Below, piece by piece: positions 16,283 through 23,055 of a stretch of DNA of 23,055 nt. The number at the start of each line of letters is the position of its first letter. The stretch's first letter is position 1. The stretch is from an uncultured bacterium. Its GTDB lineage: Bacteria > Lernaellota > Lernaellaia > Lernaellales > Lernaellaceae. Below the pieces are notes generated by a model. That model saw only the letters and a list, made by a program, of their open reading frames with translations. It was not told the origin of the DNA and did no database searches. The stretch covers positions 1 to 23,055 of the forward strand of contig CAZHPN010000087.1 in assembly GCA_964534375.1 (NCBI GenBank). Direction: 5' to 3'. Both the position numbers and the translations under genes were made by a program.

Positions 16283-16864
16283 CTACGGCGTCTTATCGGC
16301 GAGCGACGGCGGGGGCGCGGCCGGATCCCAGAACACGTCGGCGCGCCCCTCGGCGAAGTTGGCGTAGCGGGCCGCCGCGAACAGCAGGTCGCTGCTGCGG
16401 TTGATGAACTTCTGCACCAGCGGATCGACCGGCGCCTCGCGGGCCAGCCGGACGAGCGCGCGTTCGGCGCGGCGGCAGACGGTGCGCGCCACATGCAAGA
16501 AGCCCGCGGCCGGGCCGCCGCCGGGCACGATGAAGCGATGCAGCGCGCCGGTCGACGCCTCGAAGCGGTCGATCGCGCGTTCGAGAAATGTCACATCTTC
16601 CTCGGCGATCCGCGGCGGCTGAACGGCCGCGCCGGCGGGCGTCGCCAGATTCGAAGAACAATTGAAAAATCGATGCTGCGCGAACGCCAGCACGTCCTGC
16701 AAGAGAGGTTCGTCCGTCGCCGCCCGGGCCGCGCCGATCCAGGAATTGGCCTCGTCGACCGCGCCGTAGGCCTCGACGCGCGTGGAATCTTTTGGCGTGC
16801 GCGAACCGTCGACCAGCGACGTTTCGCCGCGGTCGCCGCCGCGAGTGTAGATTTGCGAAGGCAT
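16283..16864 (-). CDS. ATP:cob(I)alamin adenosyltransferase, PduO type
   Basis: IYTRGGDRGETSL, R..K...RVEAYG.VDEANS.IG, FIVPGG, H.ARTVCRRAER, NR.SDLLF..AR. Alternative ATG at 16879. Confidence 0.93.
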   Translation of the reverse strand: MPSQIYTRGGDRGETSLVDGSRTPKDSTRVEAYGAVDEANSWIGAARAATDEPLLQDVLAFAQHRFFNCSSNLATPAGAAVQPPRIAEEDVTFLERAIDRFEASTGALHRFIVPGGGPAAGFLHVARTVCRRAERALVRLAREAPVDPLVQKFINRSSDLLFAAARYANFAEGRADVFWDPAAPPPSLADKTP

Positions 16865-16891
16865 CACCGAACGCCCCATGATGTTCGGCCA

Positions 16892-16919
16892 AATGTAAGG
16901 GCGACGCTGCGTCTGTCAA
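16892..16919 (-). promoter_or_regulatory. Putative sigma70 promoter for the adenosyltransferase gene
   Basis: Minus strand TTGACA-N16-TACATT; spacer contains the palindrome GACGC-A-GCGTC (16903-16913). Confidence 0.6.
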
Positions 16920-16924
16920 ATAAC

Positions 16925-17014
16925 CGAGAATCGGGATTGGGGATTGGGAACTGGGGACTGGGGATTGGGGACCGGGGTTCCGCAATCCGCAATCCGCAAT
17001 CCGCAATCCGCAAT
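16925..17014 (-). repeat. Composite heptamer array: (ATTGCGG) x5 then CCCCART-type x7-8 (minus strand)
   Basis: Plus strand CGAGAAT CGGGATT GGGGATT GGGAACT GGGGACT GGGGATT GGGGACC GGGGTT (CCGCAAT)x5. Confidence 0.92.
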
Positions 17015-17019
17015 TCCCT

Positions 17020-17928
17020 TCACACCGTCGGCCCGGTCGGCGGCGCGGCGGCGGGATTCGGCGACCGCCCGAGCGTCGCGACGGCGACCGCGGCAAGGAT
17101 CGTCGCGGCGCCGAGCAGTTGGCCGATGGCCGGCGTTTCGTTCACCCACCACCACGACAGGAAAAGGCCGCCGACCGGCTGCACGAAAATCGTGATGGCG
17201 ACGCTCGCAGCGGCGTTGGCCTGCAGCGACAGGTTCCAGACCGAATAGCCAATAATCGTGCACAGCAGCGAGAGATAGCCGACCAGGACCAGCCAATCGC
17301 GCCCGGTGAAGCCGGCGAGACGCCGCGGCCAGCCGGCGGCGAACACCACAATGAGATTGACGGCCGAACCAAAAGCCAACGAGGCGGCGATCGCCTTGAG
17401 CGGCGGGTGGCGGCGCAGCACTTCCTTGCCGAGCACCGAGTAGACCGCTTCGCAGCAAACGGCGAGCGCGATCAACGCGACCGACAACGGCCGCGCGCCG
17501 CCCTGCGCGCGCCAGAATTCCGACAGCAGCGCGGCGCCGCCGACGGCGACCGCGAGCGCCGCCAGCGTGCGCGGCGCGAGGCGCTCCCGCAAATAAAGAT
17601 AGGCGCCGACCGAGATCAGCAGCGGCTCGGTCGCGGTCAGGATGGCGGCGTCGGCGGCGCGGCCGCGCGCCACGCCGGCGTACATCAGCGCCGGGCTCAA
17701 CGTGAACGTCGCCACGCCGATGAGCGCGCAACGCAGGGCGTCGCGCCGGTCCATGCGCAGGCCGTAGCGGCGGGCGACGTACAGCAGCAGCGGCACGGCG
17801 GCGATGAAAAAGCGCGTCGCGGTGACGAGAAAATACGGCGCGTGCTGCATGAGCGATTTGGTCGCGGCGTAGGTGCCGCCCCAGATGATATTGAAGGCCA
17901 GGAGCAGCAGCAGCGTGGATTTTTTCAT
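17020..17928 (-). CDS. EamA/DMT family transporter
   Basis: ~10 hydrophobic helices in two repeats; IWGGTY..TK, RF, EPL...YL.ERL, QPV...WVNE..QLLGA. Confidence 0.9.
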   Translation of the reverse strand: MKKSTLLLLLAFNIIWGGTYAATKSLMQHAPYFLVTATRFFIAAVPLLLYVARRYGLRMDRRDALRCALIGVATFTLSPALMYAGVARGRAADAAILTATEPLLISVGAYLYLRERLAPRTLAALAVAVGGAALLSEFWRAQGGARPLSVALIALAVCCEAVYSVLGKEVLRRHPPLKAIAASLAFGSAVNLIVVFAAGWPRRLAGFTGRDWLVLVGYLSLLCTIIGYSVWNLSLQANAAASVAITIFVQPVGGLFLSWWWVNETPAIGQLLGAATILAAVAVATLGRSPNPAAAPPTGPTV

Positions 17929-17955
17929 GCGCGGCGCGTTCGCGAAAGGCCCGCG

Positions 17956-18117
17956 CTACAGGCGGTCGAAGGCGCGCTTGTCGGCGTAGCAGATCGGACA
18001 GGTCCAGTCGTCGGGCAGTTCCTCGAACGGCGTGCCGGGCGGGAAACCGCGCGCCGGATCGCCGACCGCCGGATCGTAAATGAAGCCGCAATTCGTGCAA
18101 ACGTATTTTTCTGGCAT
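17956..18117 (-). CDS. Rubredoxin
   Basis: 53 aa, [44 protein letters not shown]. Confidence 0.96.
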   Translation of the reverse strand: MPEKYVCTNCGFIYDPAVGDPARGFPPGTPFEELPDDWTCPICYADKRAFDRL

Positions 18118-18155
18118 GACCGCCTCGATGTTTCTGAATCCGCAGAGTTTTTGTC

Positions 18156-18252
18156 TATCCACAGATTACACAGATTACACAGATGATGAATTAAGATGAA
18201 ATATTAGAATCCTGCAAAACATCATCTGTGTAATCTGTGTAATCTGTGGATA
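18156..18252. repeat. Perfect 33-bp inverted repeat of ACACAGATT-type 9-mers around a 31-bp AT-rich core
   Basis: TATCCACAGATTACACAGATTACACAGATGATG (18156-18188) and its exact reverse complement (18220-18252). Confidence 0.95.
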
Positions 18253-18271
18253 AAACCCGTCCTCCTCATCC

Positions 18272-20101
18272 TCATGCTTCGAGAACCGCGAGGGCCGTTT
18301 GCACGTTCCCGAATGGCGCGCTGACCTGCACCCCGGTCACCTTTTGCCGCACGGCGTCGCGCAGCTCGCGGGCGATGGCGATGCCCTCGTCGCGCGCCGC
18401 CTCTTTGCTCGTCGAGGCGGCGCCCATGCGCCGGATGATCCAGTCGGGCACTTTGACGCCAGGCACCTCGTTGTTGAGAAATTCCGCGTTGCGCAGGCTG
18501 GCCAGCGGCCAGATCCCGGCGAGAATTGGGATATTGAGCTTTTCCACGCGTTCGAGAAACCGCGCCAGCACCTCGGCGTCGAAGACCGGCTGCGTGATCG
18601 CAAATTCCGCCCCGGCCTCCACCTTTTGATGGAAGCGGTCGACCTCGCGCTCCTGATCGAGATGCGAGGGGTCGGCACCGACGCCAATGCAGAAACACGT
18701 CGCCGGCGCGACGGCGTGGCCGCCGATGTCGACGCCGCGGTTGAGCCGGCCGGCGATGCGCGTGAAGCCGATCGCGTCGAGATCGAAGACCGCCGTCGCG
18801 AACGGATAATCGCCGAGTTTCGGCGGGTCGCCGGTGATGATCAGAATGTTGTTGACCCCGGCGGCGGCGCAGCCGAGCAGGTCGGATTGCATGCCGATGA
18901 TGTTGCGGTCGCGGCAGGTCAGGTGCAGCACGGCCTCGACGCCGGCCTTCTGCTGAATCGTCATTGCGGCGATCAACGGGCTGACGCGCGAACTGGCGCG
19001 GGGCCCGTCGGGCACGTTGATCGCATCCACGCCTTGAATCTGGCAGGCGCGGGCGCGTTCGAGCGTTTTGGTCATGTCGTAGCCGAGCGGCGGGACGATC
19101 TCGATCGAAGTGGTCCACTGCCGGCGCGCCAGCTTCCAGGCGAAACGCGATTTCTGCTCGGTCGGGCAGGGGTCGACCAACACGGTCTTTTCCCCGGCGA
19201 GTTCGTGCACCTCGATGCGTTTCTTGTGCAACGTCTTCACGCCGGCCGCGAGTTGGGCGATGTGCTGCGGACCGGCGCCGCAGCAGCCGCCGAGCGCGCG
19301 GGCGCCGATCTGCGCGAAGTGCAGGCCGTAGGTCTGGAAATATTCGGGGCTGGTCATGTAGATCATGCGGTCGTTGACCAACTTGGGCAGGCCGGCGTTC
19401 GGCTGCACGAGCACGGGGAACGGCGCGCTCGGCACGAAATTCTCCAACCGTTCGAGCCACTCGGCCGGCCCGACGCCGCAGTTGAAGCCGAGCGCCAGCG
19501 GCGGCGGCAAGTCGGCCGGGTAGGGCGCGTAAAACATCTCGATCGTTTCGCCGTGCCGCGTGATGCCCAGTTCGCCGATCGCCATGCTCGGGATGTACGG
19601 CGCGCCGCAGGCGGCCGCCGCGCGAATCGCCGCCAGCATGTCTTCGCGCCGGCCAAACGTCTCGAAAATGATGAAGTCGACGCCGCCCGCCTGCAGTCCG
19701 CGAATGCTCTCCGCGAAAATCTCGACCGCCTGGCTCTCGGGGAGGCCGCCCGCGCCGATGCGCGCATCGAGCGGCCCGACGCTGCCCGCGACGTAAAGGT
19801 CGTCGCCGGCGACGTCGCGCGCCACGACGGCCGCCGCCTTGTTGATTGCGAACACCTGGTCGGCCAGCAGAAACCCGCCGAGCTTGCGACGATTGGCGCC
19901 GAAGCTGTTGGTGGTCAACACATCGGCGCCGGCCCGGCGATTGGCGCGGTGGATTTCCTTGACCAGGTCGGGTTGCGTGAGGCAAAGCTGTTCGTAACAA
20001 ACGTTGACGAACTGGTGCCGCTGGTACAATTCGGTGCCCATGGCGCCGTCGAAGACGACCAAGCGCTCGCGGAGCAGTTCGGAAAAATCGGTTCTCGGCA
20101 T
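18272..20101 (-). CDS. yitJ: Bifunctional homocysteine S-methyltransferase / 5,10-methylenetetrahydrofolate reductase (YitJ-like)
   Basis: DGAMGT, TNSFGAN, AGSVGP, GFNCG, PNAGLP, GGCCG (Zn ligands); MTHFR half with D.P.AS.R, H.TCRDRN, ITGDPP, AITQPVFD, NEVPG. Confidence 0.92.
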   Translation of the reverse strand: MPRTDFSELLRERLVVFDGAMGTELYQRHQFVNVCYEQLCLTQPDLVKEIHRANRRAGADVLTTNSFGANRRKLGGFLLADQVFAINKAAAVVARDVAGDDLYVAGSVGPLDARIGAGGLPESQAVEIFAESIRGLQAGGVDFIIFETFGRREDMLAAIRAAAACGAPYIPSMAIGELGITRHGETIEMFYAPYPADLPPPLALGFNCGVGPAEWLERLENFVPSAPFPVLVQPNAGLPKLVNDRMIYMTSPEYFQTYGLHFAQIGARALGGCCGAGPQHIAQLAAGVKTLHKKRIEVHELAGEKTVLVDPCPTEQKSRFAWKLARRQWTTSIEIVPPLGYDMTKTLERARACQIQGVDAINVPDGPRASSRVSPLIAAMTIQQKAGVEAVLHLTCRDRNIIGMQSDLLGCAAAGVNNILIITGDPPKLGDYPFATAVFDLDAIGFTRIAGRLNRGVDIGGHAVAPATCFCIGVGADPSHLDQEREVDRFHQKVEAGAEFAITQPVFDAEVLARFLERVEKLNIPILAGIWPLASLRNAEFLNNEVPGVKVPDWIIRRMGAASTSKEAARDEGIAIARELRDAVRQKVTGVQVSAPFGNVQTALAVLEA

Positions 20102-20140
20102 TTCCCTATCCGCCGTCGGTTCGGCGCAGGATAGCGCAAT

Positions 20141-20173
20141 CGCCGGGCGTCTGCCAGAAGGCAGACGCCGGCG
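20141..20173. promoter_or_regulatory. Palindrome upstream of yitJ overlapping a possible -35 region
   Basis: GGCGTCTGCC-AGAA-GGCAGACGCC (20146-20169), extendable by 4 bp across a bulge; minus-strand TATCCT at 20128-20133. Confidence 0.45.
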
Positions 20174-20174
20174 C

Positions 20175-20263
20175 AAGGAAAAAGGAAAAAGTCGGGCGCG
20201 TGGTCGCTCATCGGCGAGGAATTGTCAGACGCGTCCGACCTGTACGACTGCTCTGACGCGTCC
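20175..20263. repeat. AAGGAAA heptamer x2.5 (20175-20191) and GTCNGACNN 9-mer array (20224-20263)
   Basis: AAGGAAA AAGGAAA AAG; GTCAGACGC GTCCGACCT GTACGACTG CTCTGACGC GTCC. Confidence 0.6.
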
Positions 20264-20301
20264 CGCGGATTGCGCGATGCCCAACCGCTCCGCGATCGGC
20301 G

Positions 20302-23055
20302 TCACCGGCGTGAGCTTTGGGCCCGCAAGTCGGCGAGCATTTGCTGGGTGTCGTGAAGTTGCCCCGGGTCGTTGATCGACGGCAGTTCCTTTTCCAACAG
20401 CGCGATCGCCTCGGCGAATTTTTTCAACTCGCTCAGCAGTTTCGCTTGGGCGAGGGCGATCCCGGCGCGTTCGGATTCGCCCGCCGTCCCGCGCGCGCGC
20501 ATTTGTTGCAGCACCCTGTTGGCCTCAGGGTATTTTTTCTCCTCGGTGAGCAGGTTGGCGAACGAAAGGCCGATGTGGAAGTTCACCCAGGCGTCGCCCG
20601 GCAGGGCGAACAACTCGCGATAGAGCGCCTCGGACTCGACGTAATCCCGAGCGCCGCGGTACAAGCCCGCGAGATCGACCTTTGCCTGCAGGGTCGCGGC
20701 GGCGTCGGGCGCCTCGGCAATAAGGTCGCGGTAGATTGCTTCCGCCTTGTCGCCAAGGCCCTTCACCGAATAGAACTGCGCCAGCGCTATGCGGGCATGT
20801 GCGGATTGTTCGCCGCCGCGTTGTTGCACGCGGCCGACGGCGGCCTCGGCGCCGGCGAGGTTGCCGACCGCGCGATATAGGTCGATGAACAAAAGATCGG
20901 CCTCGCCGCGAATGTCGGGATCGGTCAACGCGGGCGCGAGCGCCTCGAGTTGCGCCAGCGCCTGCGGGAAGTCGCGCTGCTGCTGCAATATACGGACGCG
21001 CCGCAGTTGGATCGCCTCTTCGTTGCGGCGCTGCTGCTGCGCCACGCGGATGCGGCGCAGTTGGAGTTCCTCGTCGTCATGGCGCTGTTGCTGCGCCCGG
21101 CGGAGGCGGCTGAGTTGGATGGCCTCCGCATCGCGGCGCTGCTGCTGCGCGAGGCGCAGGCGGCGCTCGCGGTCGGCATCGTCGAATTCGCGCCGATTCT
21201 GCGAAATCTGGCCGGCGCGCGCGCGATCGTCGGCGCCCGCGGTCGCGCCAAAACGGGATTCCATTTTGGCCAGAATTTTTTCGGCGGCCGCGAACTGTTC
21301 CCTCTTGGCGCACATCTCGGCCAGCGCCATCCCGGCGTCGAACATCCGCGCCCGATCCCCGTTGTCGTACAGTTCGCGGTAGATCGGCTCGGCGAGATCG
21401 GTCCGGCCCTGGGCCTCGTACAATTGCGCCTGCCGCAGCGCCACTTCGCCGCGCTCCTGTTTGTTCGGGCCGCGCCGGCGCAGGTCGGCGAGCTGCGCCT
21501 CGGCTTCCGCGAATTTTCCCTGCGCCTGGTAAAGCTCGATCAGCGACAGGCCCGCGCGGGCGGTTTGCGCCGCATCCCGCCGTTCGTCGTAAACGCGGCG
21601 GAAAACCTGCTCCGCGCGCTCGAACGCGCCGCGCTTGCGCAGCAGACCGCCGAGCGACATTTCCGCCGCGGCGCGCCGCGCTAAATCGGCGGCTGACGAA
21701 TCGAATTGTTCCAGCTGGGCGAGCGTCGCTTCCGCGTCTTCCAGGCGGTCCAGTTCGCACAACAACGTCACCGCCTCGACCAACGCCTGGCCGGCGGCAT
21801 CGTGCGGCGCGCGGTATTTTCCGAACGCCGACAGGTATTGCGCCGCCGCCTCTTCTTTGCGGCCGGCCGCCCGCAGCGCCTCCGCCAGGCCGAGTTCGGC
21901 CGCGAGCGTTCCCGTCCGCCGCATTTCGTCGATGATCTCGCGCGCCGCCGCGCCGTCCCCGTTTTGCAAATGCAGGCCCAGCATCGCGGCCAAGGCGGCC
22001 GTGGCCTGCGCGCGGCCGGCGTAGTCCGTCACGATGGCGCGGTAGCTTTCCAGCGCCTGGGCCGTGCGGCCCTCCTGCGCCAACGCGCCGGCGATCGCCA
22101 GCCGCGCGTCGGACGCGCCGTTGCGATCGAGACCCGGCTCCTGGAGAATCAGCTCGTAAAAGCGGACCGCGCGGTCGTAGCGGCCCAGCCGCAGTTCCGC
22201 GGCGGCGCGCCGCTGCAGCGCCGCGTCCGACCAATGATGCGGGTCCGCAAAATAAAGGCGCAGCCCGAGCGCGAGGGTGGCGACCACGGCCGCGGCGACG
22301 AGCTTCGCGGCCGGGCTGCGGCGGAGCAGCCGCAGCAAGCGCCGCGCTGCGAGGGCGTCGACAGCGGCGCCGCGCCGCCGGAGATCGGCGAGCAGTTCCA
22401 CCGGATATCCCGCGACGAAATGCGCCGATGCGCCCGCCATGACCGCGCCGACGAAGCTGACGTTCGCGCGCGCCGAGCCGTTCAATGTCGCGCCCGAAAG
22501 ATCGGCGCCGTCGAATTTCGCGACGGCCAGGTCCGCCGCCAGAAATCGCGCCCGGCGGAGATCCGCTCCGGAAAAATCGACGTCGCGTAGCGTCGCCCGC
22601 GAGAAATCCGCGGCCTCGCCGCGCGCCTGCGCCGCGCGCACGCCGGCGGCGCGGCAACGCTGAAAATTCGCGCCGCGCAGGTCGGCGGCGGTCAAATCGA
22701 CATCGCTAAAAATTGCAAATTCCGCGTTGGCCCCGGCAAGCGCGGAGGCACTCAGGTTCGCGCCGAAAAACCGCGCGCCGTAGAGAATGGCGCCGGACAA
22801 ATCCGCGCCGGTCAAATCGGTCTCGGCGAAATTCGCCTTGCCGAAATCGGCCCCGGCGGCGGCAAGGCGCGCGAGCTTGGCGCCGGTGAAGTTAGCGCCG
22901 GCAGCCCGGGCGCGCGACAGGTTCGCGCCGGTCAGATCGGCGCCGGTCAGATCGGCCCCGCGCAGATCAGCGCCGGACAAATCCGCGCCGGCCAGCTCCG
23001 GGCCGCGCAGATCGGCCTTTTTCAAGTCGGCGCCGGGTCCGATTTGGCGGCCTCT
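20302..23055 (-). CDS. Pentapeptide-repeat / transmembrane / TPR-like repeat protein (5' end probably outside window)
   Basis: Frame open to the window edge (RGRQIGPGADLKKADL...); ~200 aa of A(D/N)(L/F)xx pentapeptides; TM LVAAAVVATLALGLRLYF; then ~640 aa of TPR-like helical repeats. Confidence 0.88.
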   Translation of the reverse strand, partial: RGRQIGPGADLKKADLRGPELAGADLSGADLRGADLTGADLTGANLSRARAAGANFTGAKLARLAAAGADFGKANFAETDLTGADLSGAILYGARFFGANLSASALAGANAEFAIFSDVDLTAADLRGANFQRCRAAGVRAAQARGEAADFSRATLRDVDFSGADLRRARFLAADLAVAKFDGADLSGATLNGSARANVSFVGAVMAGASAHFVAGYPVELLADLRRRGAAVDALAARRLLRLLRRSPAAKLVAAAVVATLALGLRLYFADPHHWSDAALQRRAAAELRLGRYDRAVRFYELILQEPGLDRNGASDARLAIAGALAQEGRTAQALESYRAIVTDYAGRAQATAALAAMLGLHLQNGDGAAAREIIDEMRRTGTLAAELGLAEALRAAGRKEEAAAQYLSAFGKYRAPHDAAGQALVEAVTLLCELDRLEDAEATLAQLEQFDSSAADLARRAAAEMSLGGLLRKRGAFERAEQVFRRVYDERRDAAQTARAGLSLIELYQAQGKFAEAEAQLADLRRRGPNKQERGEVALRQAQLYEAQGRTDLAEPIYRELYDNGDRARMFDAGMALAEMCAKREQFAAAEKILAKMESRFGATAGADDRARAGQISQNRREFDDADRERRLRLAQQQRRDAEAIQLSRLRRAQQQRHDDEELQLRRIRVAQQQRRNEEAIQLRRVRILQQQRDFPQALAQLEALAPALTDPDIRGEADLLFIDLYRAVGNLAGAEAAVGRVQQRGGEQSAHARIALAQFYSVKGLGDKAEAIYRDLIAEAPDAAATLQAKVDLAGLYRGARDYVESEALYRELFALPGDAWVNFHIGLSFANLLTEEKKYPEANRVLQQMRARGTAGESERAGIALAQAKLLSELKKFAEAIALLEKELPSINDPGQLHDTQQMLADLRAQSSRR

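Noticed and set aside
16865..17019. Cobalamin riboswitch upstream of the adenosyltransferase
   Set aside because: The spacer is fully accounted for by a promoter and heptamer repeats; no B12-box on the coding strand.
16925..18252. Repeat arrays as CRISPR
   Set aside because: Units are 7-9 nt and contiguous, with no unique spacers and no cas genes.
20102..20301. SAM-I (S-box) riboswitch upstream of yitJ
   Set aside because: The conserved ATC-AGAG...GGCAACC...GTGC core was not found on the minus strand by eye; an Infernal scan would be decisive.

Overview
High-GC bacterial chromosomal window (probably a deltaproteobacterial/Myxococcota-like lineage; this is inference from gene style only), made up mostly of housekeeping and cofactor genes. 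Left to right: the 3' end of a molybdopterin/tungstopterin cofactor operon (moaA partial, moaC, MOSC-domain gene, mog); a convergent tupABC tungstate ABC transporter; an exported archaemetzincin-like (M54) zinc peptidase; a minus-strand run of two exported hypothetical proteins, dsbD, tlpA/resA and xseA, divergent from system II cytochrome c maturation genes resB and ccsA plus engB; a DUF1566 lipoprotein; then minus-strand larE-like, pduO-type adenosyltransferase, EamA transporter, rubredoxin, yitJ-like homocysteine methyltransferase/MTHFR and a 5'-truncated pentapeptide-repeat/TM/TPR protein. No rRNA, tRNA, CRISPR or transposase was seen. The main features the gene calls do not explain are: (i) arrays of 7- and 9-nt tandem repeats in most of the larger intergenic spacers, including two copies of a composite (ATTGCGG)n-(nnYCCCN)n element 4-5 nt after stop codons and a perfect 33-bp inverted repeat built of 9-mers; (ii) a MOSC gene with no ATG/GTG/TTG at its homologous start (CTG start or moaC frameshift fusion); (iii) a CcsA with a ~160-aa hydrophobic insertion; (iv) the membrane-spanning pentapeptide-TPR protein with an internal 18-aa tandem expansion.
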